Source: Burkholderiales bacterium
Lineage (GTDB): Bacteria > Pseudomonadota > Gammaproteobacteria > Burkholderiales > SG8-39
DNA: 64,000 nt
Assembly (NCBI GenBank): GCA_017880775.1
Contig: JADGRQ010000001.1
Span: forward strand, 194,909 to 258,908
Direction: 5' to 3'
Below, piece by piece: positions 38,338 to 48,097 of this stretch. Numbering within the stretch: position 1 is the stretch's first letter; each line of letters starts with the position of its first letter. Below the pieces are notes generated by a model that worked only from the letters and a program-made list of their open reading frames with translations, made no database searches and was not told where the DNA came from. The translations under genes were made by a program, and so were the position numbers.

Positions 38338-38796
38338 CTAGTGCGACAGACGCTGCGCGTCCGTGGAAAGCAGATCCATGGCAATCAGCTGGCTGGTCGG
38401 CGTCTGCCGGTTCCACAGCACCATCAGCACGATCAGCTTGAGCTGGTCGAGCGAGAGCGTGTTTGCCGAGGCGGCGAGCGCGCGGTCGAGCACCAGTTCG
38501 CGCAATCCCGGGTCGAGCACGTCAGCGTGTTCGAGATCGATCAGGAATCCGAGGCATTCGGCGTCGAGTTTCGCGCATTCGCGCGGGGCGAATGCGCGCA
38601 GCGCGCGCGAGGAAGCGGGCAGAGGCGCGCAGGCCCGATGCGGCGCGTGCAGAACTCCGGCGAGCCAGGCCAGCGCCTCGCTGATGTCCGAATCCTCGAA
38701 TCCGGCGGCCGAGAGCTTCTTCGCGACCAGTTCTCTGTTGTGCGACACGTCGGCCTGACGGCAGTGCTCGAACAAATAGACGAGGATGTCGAACAT
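38338..38796 (-). CDS. smg: Smg protein (DUF494)
   Basis: The MFDILVYLFE N-terminus is present, in the conserved dprA-smg-topoisomerase arrangement. Confidence 0.88.
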   Translation of the reverse strand: MFDILVYLFEHCRQADVSHNRELVAKKLSAAGFEDSDISEALAWLAGVLHAPHRACAPLPASSRALRAFAPRECAKLDAECLGFLIDLEHADVLDPGLRELVLDRALAASANTLSLDQLKLIVLMVLWNRQTPTSQLIAMDLLSTDAQRLSH

Positions 38797-38808
38797 GTTG
38801 TTTTTTCC

Positions 38809-39891
38809 TCAGCTGAGTCGTTGAAAACGCCCTCCGGGCAGCGCGGCAACGCGCCCGTCGAGTTCCAGGCGAAGCAACTGCGCCGATACTTGCTCTGCCG
38901 GCAAGCCTGCGCGCGCGCACAGCGCATCGAGGTCGACGGGGTCGAATCCCATCTGAGCGAGCAGCCCTGGCTCATCAGCGGACCGAGCCGGTGGCAGTTC
39001 GAGCGTCGATGCGTGCCGCCAGTCGCCCAGTTCGGACAGCACATCCTCGACGCAGTCGACCAGTTTCGCACCCGACTTGATGAGCGCATGGCAACCCTTG
39101 GCGAGGGGCGAGTGGATCGACCCCGGAACCGCAAACACGTCGCGGCCCTGTTCGAGCGCAGCGCGCGCGGTGATCAGCGAGCCGCTCGCGATGGCTGCTT
39201 CCACCACCAGGACCCCGCGCGCGATTCCGCTGATCAACCGGTTGCGGCGGGGGAAATGGTGGGCGATCGGTTGCGTTCCGAGCGAAAACTCGGAGAGCAA
39301 CAACCCGCGCTCGGCGATTTGCTCGGCCAGCGCCGCATTTCTTGCCGGATAGGGAACATCCACTCCAGTGCCCAGCACGGCAACAGTCGAGCCCTCACCG
39401 GTCAGCCCGCCGCGGTGCGCAGCGGCATCGATACCCAACGCCAGGCCGCTGATCACCGTAATTCCCGACCCGCTGAATGCCTTGGCAAAACTTTCGGCGT
39501 TGGCGGCACCCTGCGGCGTCGCGTTGCGACTGCCGACGATGGCGAGCGCCGGACGGTTGGCGAGGCTCATCTTGCCGCGCGCAAACAGCAGCGTTGGCGG
39601 ATCCGGGATTTCGTAGAGCAGGCGCGGGTAGACGGGATCGGACAGCGGAACGATATGACAGCCGGGCGATTCCGCCCATTCGAGGCTGCGTTCGACCGCG
39701 CTCTGCGTATCGGCAGCGTCCAGACCGCGCAGCACTTCGGACGGTGCGAAGCGCTCAAGCGCGCTTCGCTTTGCGGCCAATACGTTTTCGGGGAGCCCGA
39801 ACTCCTTGAGAAGCCGGCGGGTTGTCGAAGCGCCGAGACCGGGCGTGAGCGCCAGCGTGAGCCACGCGGCGAGCCCGGGCCCCCGGCTCAT
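38809..39891 (-). CDS. dprA: DNA-processing protein DprA (Smf)
   Basis: The Rossmann-like core contains VISGLALGIDAAAHRG and FPRRNRLISGI. The protein is 360 aa. Confidence 0.92.
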   Translation of the reverse strand: MSRGPGLAAWLTLALTPGLGASTTRRLLKEFGLPENVLAAKRSALERFAPSEVLRGLDAADTQSAVERSLEWAESPGCHIVPLSDPVYPRLLYEIPDPPTLLFARGKMSLANRPALAIVGSRNATPQGAANAESFAKAFSGSGITVISGLALGIDAAAHRGGLTGEGSTVAVLGTGVDVPYPARNAALAEQIAERGLLLSEFSLGTQPIAHHFPRRNRLISGIARGVLVVEAAIASGSLITARAALEQGRDVFAVPGSIHSPLAKGCHALIKSGAKLVDCVEDVLSELGDWRHASTLELPPARSADEPGLLAQMGFDPVDLDALCARAGLPAEQVSAQLLRLELDGRVAALPGGRFQRLS

Positions 39892-39948
39892 GCTGGGCGG
39901 GGTCTTCCGGCCGGGCGTCCGCTCGGCGGACGCAGGCGGGTACTGCGT

Positions 39949-41007
39949 TCAGGGATTCTGCACGACATCAAGTTGGTGTACCTGAGTCGAGACGTTCATC
40001 ACCAGCGCGTAGGAGACGCGCTCGAAAACACGGAATACGAACAGCAGTCCGTAACGTTCTTCCGGCAGCTTGACCTCGGGGCCGGCGGTGCCGCCGATAG
40101 TTTTCGGGCCGACCAGCGTGCCCTGGCGATACAACGCGAGCACGTGGCCCGGCTCGAGCCCGTCCACGCTGCCGCGGTTCAGCGTCACCACCGACTGGCT
40201 CGCCGCCTCGCCGATTCTGCTGATATCGCCATGCACGGCGATGACCTGGCCGCGCACCGCCTTGCCCGGCGCGTGCGGTGCGTACTCGATCGGCTGTGGG
40301 GGGCCCGCCGCGATCAAGCTGTCGCCAGGCCCGATTTCGTGCGATGCGGCGACAATCACCAGCGTCGCAGGTTCGCCCGGGCGCGTTACGCGCGCGGTTC
40401 CCAGATGCTCGGCTTCGTAACCGAGCGTTCGCTGCGACTCCGGGTCGATCAGCGCCCTGCCGCGGCGGTACACATACCACGTGTCCTCCTTGGAGCCGCT
40501 CAAACCGCTTGCGTAGACCGAGAATCCCGGCCCCACGATGACGCGCTTTTCCTCCGCCGCGACGATCCTGGGTGCGTTGTTCAGCCCGTCGGGCTCGATC
40601 ACCAGCGGCCGCGACAGGAAAGGCTCGATCATGTACGGCGGGATGCTCGGGATCGCCGCCGCTCGGGTCGACTCGGCGCGGACCGTCGGACTCAGATGGA
40701 CGGTTGGACCGAGTGCGAGCTGGCCCCGCTGGCGGTCCAGAACCAGTACGTTGCCCGGGTAGATGCGGTTCGGGTTCTTGATCTGGTCCTTGTTCATGTC
40801 CCAGAGTTCGGGCCAGCGCCAAGGGGCGTCGAGGTAGCGTTCTGAAATCGACCACAGCGTATCGCCCTTCTGGACCACGTATCGGTCGGGGGCGTCGGGC
40901 TTTATCGTCGGAACCTTCGCCGGCGCCTGTGCGGTGACGGTGCCGGCGAACAGCCAAAAGAGAACAAAAACGAGTGTTGTGATAGACTTATACAGTCGCA
41001 GTCGCAT
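39949..41007 (-). CDS. LysM domain-containing periplasmic protein
   Basis: A signal peptide is followed by the LysM motif YVVQKGDTLWSISERYL...IYPGNVLVL. The position between dprA and def is conserved. Confidence 0.85.
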   Translation of the reverse strand: MRLRLYKSITTLVFVLFWLFAGTVTAQAPAKVPTIKPDAPDRYVVQKGDTLWSISERYLDAPWRWPELWDMNKDQIKNPNRIYPGNVLVLDRQRGQLALGPTVHLSPTVRAESTRAAAIPSIPPYMIEPFLSRPLVIEPDGLNNAPRIVAAEEKRVIVGPGFSVYASGLSGSKEDTWYVYRRGRALIDPESQRTLGYEAEHLGTARVTRPGEPATLVIVAASHEIGPGDSLIAAGPPQPIEYAPHAPGKAVRGQVIAVHGDISRIGEAASQSVVTLNRGSVDGLEPGHVLALYRQGTLVGPKTIGGTAGPEVKLPEERYGLLFVFRVFERVSYALVMNVSTQVHQLDVVQNP

Positions 41008-41130
41008 GGGAGCCCCCGTCCAAGGCTGGCTTGAAATGCGTTTCCGCTACCCAATGTAGCGTAAAGCACACTCTTTTTACATACCGCATGAAATTCTGCA
41101 TCTAATTTGTTCAATTCGCAAGCAATTTAC

Positions 41131-41634
41131 ATGGCTACCCTGAATATCCTGCGGTACCCCGATGCGAGGCTGCACAAACCGGCGGTGCCGGTGACGGTGT
41201 TCGACGATCATCTCAAGCAGCTGGCTCGCGATCTGGCGGAAACGATGTACGCGGCTCCAGGCGTTGGGCTCGCGGCGACGCAGGTCGACGAACACAAACA
41301 ATTGATCGTCGTAGACGTTTCCGAACGGCGCGATTCGCTCGTGACGCTGGTGAACCCGCGGATCGTCGAGAGTTTCGGCGAGTCAGACATCGAGGAGGGT
41401 TGCCTGTCGGTGCCGGGCATCTTCGAGGTGGTTCCGCGCGCCGAGCGTGTGCGGGTTCGCGCCTACGACGCGAATGGAACCATATTCACGCTCGAGGCGC
41501 AGGGCTTGCTGGCGGTCTGCATCCAGCACGAGATGGATCATCTGGAGGGCAAGGTGTTCGTCGAGTATCTCTCGCAACTCAAGCAGACGCGCATTCGCGC
41601 CAAGCTCGCCAAGCAGTTGCGCAAGAGCGCCTGA
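41131..41634 (+). CDS. def: peptide deformylase
   Basis: Motifs [17 protein letters not shown] and QHEMDHLEG are present. The start is the ATG at 41131 (MATLNIL). Confidence 0.96.
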   Translation: MATLNILRYPDARLHKPAVPVTVFDDHLKQLARDLAETMYAAPGVGLAATQVDEHKQLIVVDVSERRDSLVTLVNPRIVESFGESDIEEGCLSVPGIFEVVPRAERVRVRAYDANGTIFTLEAQGLLAVCIQHEMDHLEGKVFVEYLSQLKQTRIRAKLAKQLRKSA

Positions 41635-41699
41635 ATCCCAGACGTGTGGATGGGGAGTGCGGGGGAAGGTGACCTGAACCTCGCCCTTCTCTGATCCCC

Positions 41700-42629
41700 A
41701 TGCGCATCGTGTTCGCCGGCACGCCGGGGTTTGCCGAACGCTCGCTCGCTGCGCTGCTCGCCGCAGGCCATGAAGTGCCGCTCGTGCTCACTCAGCCCGA
41801 CCGGCCCGCAGGGCGCGGAATGCGCGCCGCGCAGAGCGCGGTCAAGCAACTCGCGGTGCGACGCGGCATTCCGGTGTTTCAGCCAGTGAGTCTGCGTGAA
41901 TCCGCAAGCGTGGAAGTCGTCCGTTCTGCAAGCCCGGACGTGCTGGTGGTGGCCGCCTATGGAATGATCCTTCCCGAGGCGTTGCTCGGAACCGCGCCGC
42001 TGGGGGCTCTCAACATCCACGCTTCGCTATTGCCGCGCTGGCGCGGCGCGGCGCCGATTCAGCATGCGCTGCTCGCGGGAGATCGCGAGACGGGGGTCAG
42101 TATCATGCGTATGGACTGTGGACTGGACACCGGTCCCGTTCTGGCGCGGCAGCCGGTCACGATCGCGGAGGATGAAACTGCCGCGACGCTGCATGAAAAA
42201 CTTGCCGCGCTCGGTGCGGAAATGATCGTTGGCGCTCTGCGCGAACTCGCCGCAGGTCGTGCCGTGTTCACTGCGCAGCCCGCCGAAGGCGTCACCCATG
42301 CACCAAAGCTCGGCAAGCGCGAGGCGCATATCGACTGGCGGCGCCCCGGCGCCGAACTCGCACGCGTGGTGCGCGCGTTCGATCCGGCCCCCGGTGCAAG
42401 CACGTCGATTGCCGGTGCGCCTCTCAAGGTGTGGCGTGCCCGCCCCGCGCACGGCGAGGGCGCTCCGGGGGAGGTGTTGCGCGCCGATGCGCTCGGAGTG
42501 TTGGTTGCATGCGGTGCGGATGCACTCGAGTTGACCGAACTGCAGCGTGCGGGTGGACGTCGGCTCGCTGCTGCCGAATTCCTGCAAGGATTCCCGATCG
42601 CGTCCGGTACCCGGCTCGGCATGGCATGA
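41700..42629 (+). CDS. fmt: methionyl-tRNA formyltransferase
   Basis: Motifs IVFAGTPGFA and NIHASLLPRWRGAAPIQ are present. The gene is downstream of def. Confidence 0.95.
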   Translation: MRIVFAGTPGFAERSLAALLAAGHEVPLVLTQPDRPAGRGMRAAQSAVKQLAVRRGIPVFQPVSLRESASVEVVRSASPDVLVVAAYGMILPEALLGTAPLGALNIHASLLPRWRGAAPIQHALLAGDRETGVSIMRMDCGLDTGPVLARQPVTIAEDETAATLHEKLAALGAEMIVGALRELAAGRAVFTAQPAEGVTHAPKLGKREAHIDWRRPGAELARVVRAFDPAPGASTSIAGAPLKVWRARPAHGEGAPGEVLRADALGVLVACGADALELTELQRAGGRRLAAAEFLQGFPIASGTRLGMA

Positions 42630-43906
42630 ACGTTCCGCTGCGGCGCAATGCCGACCTCGCGGAATCGCTGGCGCGCGCAAGCCGGAGCCTCGCGCGCGTA
42701 CTGCAGGGCGGCAGCCTCGCCGATGAACGCGAACCCGGGCGGGATGCCGCGACGCGCGCCGCCGTGCTCGACCTGGTGCATGGTGCGCTGCGGCGTTTCG
42801 GGCGGGACGACGCGGCGTTGCGCGCACTTTCCGCGCGCGGGCAGATTGAACCTGCCCTGAGAGCGCTGCTGCTGGCGGCGCTTGCCGCGCTCGAATCGGG
42901 GCGTTACGCCGAATACACGGTTGTCGATCAGGCAGTGCGCGCGTGCGCGCGTCTGCACAAGCCCGGCGCACAGGGGTTCGTCAATGCCATATTGCGAGCC
43001 TTTCTTCGAAACCGGGTGCGCTTGGCCGCGCGGCTCGATCCTGACAAGGAATCGCGTTTCCAGCATCCGGCGTGGTGGATCGAGCGAGTGCGCAACGCAT
43101 ATCCCGATGCCTGGGAGCGGGTGCTCGCGGCGGGTAATACGCATCCGCCGATGTGCCTGCGCGTCAATCGACGACGCACCACGCCCGAGGATTATCTGGC
43201 GCGGCTGATCTCCGATGGGATGCCGGCCCGGCGTGTGGGTGTATCGGCGCTGCTGCTGCACAAACCGGTTCCGGTCGAGCGGGTGCCGGGCTTCTTACAG
43301 GGCGATGTTTCGGTGCAGGATGCCGGCGCGCAGCGGGCGGCCGAACTGCTTGAGCTTGCCGACGGCCAGCGTGTGCTCGACGCCTGCGCGGCCCCGGGCG
43401 GAAAGACGGCGCATATCCTCGAGCTTGCCGACGTGGAACTCACAGCTCTCGATATCGACCCGGTGCGCTGTCGGCGGGTCCGGCAGAACCTCGCGCGGTT
43501 GGAATTGCGGGCCGAGGTGCGTGTCGCCGATTGCACGCGCACCGGGGACTGGTGGGACGGCCGCGCGTTCGAGCGGATCCTCGCCGACGTTCCATGCTCC
43601 GCCTCGGGCATCGCCCGCCGCCGCCCCGACGTCAAATGGCTGCGGCGCGCATCCGACCTCACGGGTCTTGCCGCGCAACAGAGCGCGATCCTGCGCGCAC
43701 TTTGGCAGGCGCTCGCTGCGGGTGGTAAATTGCTGTACGTCACCTGTTCGGTGTTTCGCGAGGAAAACGACGCGGTTATCGACGCATTCCTCGCGTGCGA
43801 ACCCACCGCGAAACGCGGCGTGTTGACCGAGGGCGCTCCGGCGCAGTTATTGCCGGACGACGGGCACGACGGATTTTTCTTCGCAATACTGGAGAAGGCT
43901 TGCTGA
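42626..43906 (+). CDS. rsmB: 16S rRNA (cytosine967-C5)-methyltransferase RsmB (Sun)
   Basis: Motifs VLDACAAPGGKT, DVPCSASG and YVTCS are present. The ATG at 42626 forms an ATGA overlap with the fmt stop. The longer ORF-track start is rejected. Confidence 0.92.
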   Translation: MNVPLRRNADLAESLARASRSLARVLQGGSLADEREPGRDAATRAAVLDLVHGALRRFGRDDAALRALSARGQIEPALRALLLAALAALESGRYAEYTVVDQAVRACARLHKPGAQGFVNAILRAFLRNRVRLAARLDPDKESRFQHPAWWIERVRNAYPDAWERVLAAGNTHPPMCLRVNRRRTTPEDYLARLISDGMPARRVGVSALLLHKPVPVERVPGFLQGDVSVQDAGAQRAAELLELADGQRVLDACAAPGGKTAHILELADVELTALDIDPVRCRRVRQNLARLELRAEVRVADCTRTGDWWDGRAFERILADVPCSASGIARRRPDVKWLRRASDLTGLAAQQSAILRALWQALAAGGKLLYVTCSVFREENDAVIDAFLACEPTAKRGVLTEGAPAQLLPDDGHDGFFFAILEKAC

Positions 43907-43916
43907 AGCGCCAGCG

Positions 43917-44630
43917 ATGCGCGGCCTGTTGCTGATCCTCAAGCTTGCTGCCGCCGTCGCGCTCGTTGCGGGCACCGCGCAGTTCGCGCGCGCCGACGAG
44001 ATCGACGTGCGGGAGGCGCGGCTCGAACTGGTCGACGATGGAATCGCGCTCAGCGCGGACTTCTCTTTCGATTTCAACCACCGGCTCGAGCAGACCGTGG
44101 CCAACGGCGTGCCGCTGTACTTTCTGGTGGAGTTCGAGTTGACCCGGCCGCGCTGGTACTGGTTCGACGAGAAGGCGGCCACCCGGAGGCAGCACATCCG
44201 CCTTTCATATCACGCGATTTCGCGCCAGTACCGGTTATCGACGGGCTTGTTGCAGCAAAGTTTCGCCAGCATCGACGAGGCACTCGCGGTACTGCGCCGG
44301 CTGCGCAACTGGCTGGTCCTCGAGCGCGGCACGCCGCTTGCCGATGTCGACTATGTGGCGGCGGTAAGGCTGCACCTGGATTTGTCGCTGTTGCCCAAAC
44401 CGTTTCAGGTGAGCGCATTGACCAGTCGTGAACTGCGGCTGGAGTCCGACTGGTGGCGCTTCGGCTTCCGCCCGCCGGCGGTCTTCCTGGCCCAGCCTGC
44501 GGGTCCGGAGCGCACGGACCACGAGCGTGCGGGCCAGGATCGCGCGGGGCCTGATCGCGTGCCGGACAAGCCGGACGCGGCAGACCGGGGCGCCGCGCCG
44601 GCAGTGCCGGTGGAGGTCTCGCCACGATGA
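43917..44630 (+). CDS. DUF4390 domain-containing secreted protein
   Basis: A signal peptide is followed by LELVDDGIALSADFSFDFNHRLEQTVANGVPLYFLVEFEL and SYHAISRQYRLS. The protein ends in a P/D/R-rich tail. The position between rsmB and ntrY is conserved, and an ATGA overlaps ntrY. Confidence 0.75.
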   Translation: MRGLLLILKLAAAVALVAGTAQFARADEIDVREARLELVDDGIALSADFSFDFNHRLEQTVANGVPLYFLVEFELTRPRWYWFDEKAATRRQHIRLSYHAISRQYRLSTGLLQQSFASIDEALAVLRRLRNWLVLERGTPLADVDYVAAVRLHLDLSLLPKPFQVSALTSRELRLESDWWRFGFRPPAVFLAQPAGPERTDHERAGQDRAGPDRVPDKPDAADRGAAPAVPVEVSPR

Positions 44631-46771
44631 AAACGCTGCTGATCCTTGGCAGTGCGCTCGCCGGCGTGATGTTGTTCCTGCTGGCGACTGCGAGCGCCAA
44701 CACCTCGCTGTTTGCGCGTCATTACGCCGTGCTGCTCGGGCTCAATCTGGCGCTGGCCGCCGCGCTGGCTGCCTTGGTGGGGTTCCAGTTGGTCGCGCTG
44801 CGGCGCAGGCTGCGCGAGCGGGTATTCGGCGCGCGTCTGTCGCTGCGGCTGCTTGTGCTGCTCGCCACGATGGCGGTACTGCCGGGCGCGCTGGTGTACA
44901 CGGTTTCGGTGCAATTTCTCGCGCGCTCGATCGAATCCTGGTTCGACGTGCGCGTGGACAGCGCGCTTGAAGGCGGCATTCACCTCGGCCAATCGGCGCT
45001 CGACCAGATGCTTGCCGAGCTGAATGGCAAGGCGCGCAGCATGGCGCTCGAGCTTGGCGGGCGCTCGGGCGAGCAGCAGGTCATCGCGTTGAATCGCCTG
45101 CGCGAGCAGGCGGGGGTCGAAGAAGCGGTCATCGTCAGCGGCGTCGGGCGGCTGGTGGCGAGCGCGAGCGACAGCGTCACCCAGCTGCTGCCGGAATTGC
45201 CGACCCAGGCGCAGTTGCGCCAGGCGCGTTCCGGCCGGGGTCACGCCGCGATCGACGCGCCAGCCGGGCGTCCGCTGGCGTTGCGCGTGATCGTGCCGCT
45301 CGCCGGGATCGCATTGAGCGACGAAGCGCGCTTCCTGCAACTGCGCCATCCGGTCCCGCCCGGATTCGCGGCAAACGCCGAGGCGGTGGAAGCTGTGTAC
45401 CGCGATTACAAGGAACTGGCGCTATCCCGCCAGGGCCTGAAGCGCATCTACATCGTCACGCTCACGCTCGCGCTGCTGATGGCGCTCACCTCCGCGATCT
45501 CGCTCGCCTTCATCCTGGCCGAGCGCCTGTCGGCGCCGCTTGGGCATCTCGCGCAGGCCACGCAGGCGGTAGCGCGCGGTGATTTCTCCCAGCGTCCTCC
45601 GGTGACGAGCCGCGACGAACTCGGCGTGCTGACCGAGTCGTTCAACAGCATGACTGGCCAGCTCGACGAGGCGCGCCGCGCCGCCGAGCTGAACCGCATC
45701 CAGCTCGAAGCGGCGAACGCGTACCTGGAGAATATTCTCGCCAATCTCTCCACCGGGGTACTGGTGTTCGACCGGGATCTTAAGCTGTCGATCGCCAATC
45801 GCGGCGCTTCCGCAATCCTGGGTGAACAGCTTGCCGATTGCGTCGGCCGTTCGCTCGGGGCGTGGGGCGGATCGCTCGAATCGTTTGCCGGCCCGCTGCA
45901 TGACCAGTTGCTCGCCCATGGCGGGCGGAACTGGCAATTCGAGTTCGAGCGCCGCAGCACCGGGCAGAGGCTGCTCGCGCGCGGATCGCGGCTGCCAGCG
46001 GTCTCGGGTGGAGGCTACGTGCTGGTGTTCGAAGACATCACCCAGCTGATCCAGGCGCAGCGTGCCACCGCCTGGGCGGAGGTTGCGCGCAGGCTCGCGC
46101 ACGAGATCAAGAACCCCCTCACCCCGATCCAGCTGTCGGCGGAGCGGTTGCAGGCGAAGCTCTCGGCCAAGCTCGGCGCGCAAGACGCCGAGGCGCTCGC
46201 GCGCGGTACGCGAACCATCGTCAGCCAGGTCGCGGCGCTCAAGGCGATGGTCGATGATTTCCGCGATTACGCACGCCTGCCTGCGCCGCAGCTTGCCCCG
46301 CTCGATCTCAACGCGCTGGTCGGCGAGGTGCTTTCGCTATATGAGAATTCGCGCGTTCCGGTGTGCGGGCGGCTCGCCGACGGACTGTCGCGGGTGCGCG
46401 CCGACGCTGCACAGATCCGCCAGGTGATCCACAATCTGGTGCAGAACGCGCAGGATGCATTGCTCGCGTCGCGCGAGCCGCGCGATGCACCGGCCATCGA
46501 AGTCCGCACCGAGCCGGCGGGCGAGACCGTCTGCCTGCGCGTCTCCGACAACGGCGACGGTTTCCCGGAGGAAATGATGGCGCGCGTGTTCGAGCCTTAC
46601 GTCACCACCAAGCCGCGCGGCACCGGGCTCGGGCTGGCGATCGTCAAGAAGATCGTCGACGAGCATCATGGCAGGATCGCGATCGAAAACCGGCCGCGAC
46701 AGGGCGCGACGGTAAGGATTTATCTGCCGCTTGCCGGCGGCGATGGTGCCGTCGAGGCGGTCGCGGCATAG
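44627..46771 (+). CDS. ntrY: NtrY-type sensor histidine kinase (TM-HAMP-PAS-HisKA-HATPase)
   Basis: The protein has N-terminal transmembrane helices, a HAMP region (DELGVLTESFNSMTGQL), the H-box LAHEIKNPLTPIQ, and an ATPase domain with N-box/G-box motifs (HNLVQNAQDA, GTGLGLAIV). Confidence 0.88.
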   Translation: MKTLLILGSALAGVMLFLLATASANTSLFARHYAVLLGLNLALAAALAALVGFQLVALRRRLRERVFGARLSLRLLVLLATMAVLPGALVYTVSVQFLARSIESWFDVRVDSALEGGIHLGQSALDQMLAELNGKARSMALELGGRSGEQQVIALNRLREQAGVEEAVIVSGVGRLVASASDSVTQLLPELPTQAQLRQARSGRGHAAIDAPAGRPLALRVIVPLAGIALSDEARFLQLRHPVPPGFAANAEAVEAVYRDYKELALSRQGLKRIYIVTLTLALLMALTSAISLAFILAERLSAPLGHLAQATQAVARGDFSQRPPVTSRDELGVLTESFNSMTGQLDEARRAAELNRIQLEAANAYLENILANLSTGVLVFDRDLKLSIANRGASAILGEQLADCVGRSLGAWGGSLESFAGPLHDQLLAHGGRNWQFEFERRSTGQRLLARGSRLPAVSGGGYVLVFEDITQLIQAQRATAWAEVARRLAHEIKNPLTPIQLSAERLQAKLSAKLGAQDAEALARGTRTIVSQVAALKAMVDDFRDYARLPAPQLAPLDLNALVGEVLSLYENSRVPVCGRLADGLSRVRADAAQIRQVIHNLVQNAQDALLASREPRDAPAIEVRTEPAGETVCLRVSDNGDGFPEEMMARVFEPYVTTKPRGTGLGLAIVKKIVDEHHGRIAIENRPRQGATVRIYLPLAGGDGAVEAVAA

Positions 46772-46779
46772 GCGGGCGC

Positions 46780-48030
46780 ATGGCACAGATCCTGGTCGTA
46801 GATGACGAAGTCGGTATCCGCGAGCTGCTCTCGGAGATCCTCAGTGACGAGGGCCACCAGGTGCTGCTCGCGGAGAACGCGCAGGCGGCGCGAACGCTGC
46901 GCGAGCGCGGCCGCCCCGACCTGGTGCTGCTCGATATCTGGATGCCCGACACCGACGGCATTTCGCTGTTGAAGGAATGGGCCACGAGCGGCCAGCTCAC
47001 GATGCCGGTGGTGATGATGTCGGGTCACGGCACCATCGAGACCGCGGTGGAGGCGACGCGCATCGGCGCGCTTGATTACCTCGAAAAGCCGATTGCGCTG
47101 CAGCGCTTGCTCAGCACGGTCAAACGCGCGCTGCGCAACCAGGAAATTGCCGGACCACAGCCGCTGACGCTCGCGACCCTCGGTCGCTCGGCAGCGCTGG
47201 CGGACCTGAAGAAACGCCTGGCACAGCTCGCTTCGGTCGGCACGCCGCTGCTGCTGCGTGGCGAACGCGGCATGCAGGCGGAGTTGTTCGCGCGCTTCCT
47301 GCTCGCCGCGGGAGCGCCGTTCATTGCCGGCGCCGAACTGCTGGCCGAGCCGCCCTCGGAAGTACTGGCGCGCGCGGCGGGTGGAATCCTGTTCCTGCCG
47401 GACCTGTCACAGCTCGCACGCGTGGAGCAGAAGAACCTCGAGTTTCTGCTGGCGCGCTGCGATCGCCATCGAGCGCGGGTGGTGACCTATTCTCCGGTCG
47501 AGCCGAGACTGCTGATCGAGCGCCACGAGTACGATCCCGAGCTTGCGGCGCGCCTGTCGGAACTGACGCTTGCACTGCCCGCGTTGCGCGAGTTCGCCGA
47601 GGACATCCCGGACATCGCCGCGCTGATGCTGGGGCAGCTGGTCGAGGCGCGCGCCTGCCTGCCGCGCAGGTTTTCGACCGCGGCATTGAATGCGCTGCGC
47701 CAGCACGCTTGGCCGGGCAATCTTAGCGAGCTCGAGGCGGTGGTGAGAAGCCTGGCGCTCACCTCGCTGGAGGAGGAAATCCAGCTCACCGACTTCGAGC
47801 GCGTGATCTCGGCCCACTCCGCGCCGCAGGCCTCCGGCGAGCTGCCGCTCGACCGCCCTTATCGCGAGGCGCGCGAGACATTCGAGAAGCTCTATTTCGA
47901 GTTCCAGCTCGCGAGGGAACAGGGCAGCATGTCGCGCGTCGCCGAGCGCACCGGCCTCGAGCGCACGCATCTGTACCGCAAACTGAAGGCGCTGGGGATT
48001 TCGCCGGGCGGAAAGAAGGAAGAAGGCTAG
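46780..48030 (+). CDS. ntrX: NtrX-type response regulator (receiver, degenerate AAA+, Fis-type HTH)
   Basis: The receiver contains ILVVDDE...DLVLLDIWMPDTDG. The central domain has a degenerate Walker A (GERGMQAE) and no GAFTGA motif. The C-terminal HTH reads SMSRVAERTGLERTHLYRKLKALGI. The start is the ATG at 46780. Confidence 0.88.
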   Translation: MAQILVVDDEVGIRELLSEILSDEGHQVLLAENAQAARTLRERGRPDLVLLDIWMPDTDGISLLKEWATSGQLTMPVVMMSGHGTIETAVEATRIGALDYLEKPIALQRLLSTVKRALRNQEIAGPQPLTLATLGRSAALADLKKRLAQLASVGTPLLLRGERGMQAELFARFLLAAGAPFIAGAELLAEPPSEVLARAAGGILFLPDLSQLARVEQKNLEFLLARCDRHRARVVTYSPVEPRLLIERHEYDPELAARLSELTLALPALREFAEDIPDIAALMLGQLVEARACLPRRFSTAALNALRQHAWPGNLSELEAVVRSLALTSLEEEIQLTDFERVISAHSAPQASGELPLDRPYREARETFEKLYFEFQLAREQGSMSRVAERTGLERTHLYRKLKALGISPGGKKEEG

Positions 48031-48097
48031 CGCTCGTGCGGTTCGGACCGGAGATATTGGGCATACAATTGCCGCCTTTTCAAGGCGGAGAATCCGC

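Noticed and set aside
36412-40845. A 1477-aa plus-strand ORF, the longest in the ORF track.
   Set aside because: It runs antisense across four minus-strand genes with unmistakable family signatures: type IA topoisomerase, smg, dprA and the LysM protein. Its translation is low-complexity and R/A/G/L-rich with no recognisable motif. This is the typical stop-poor antisense frame of GC-rich DNA.
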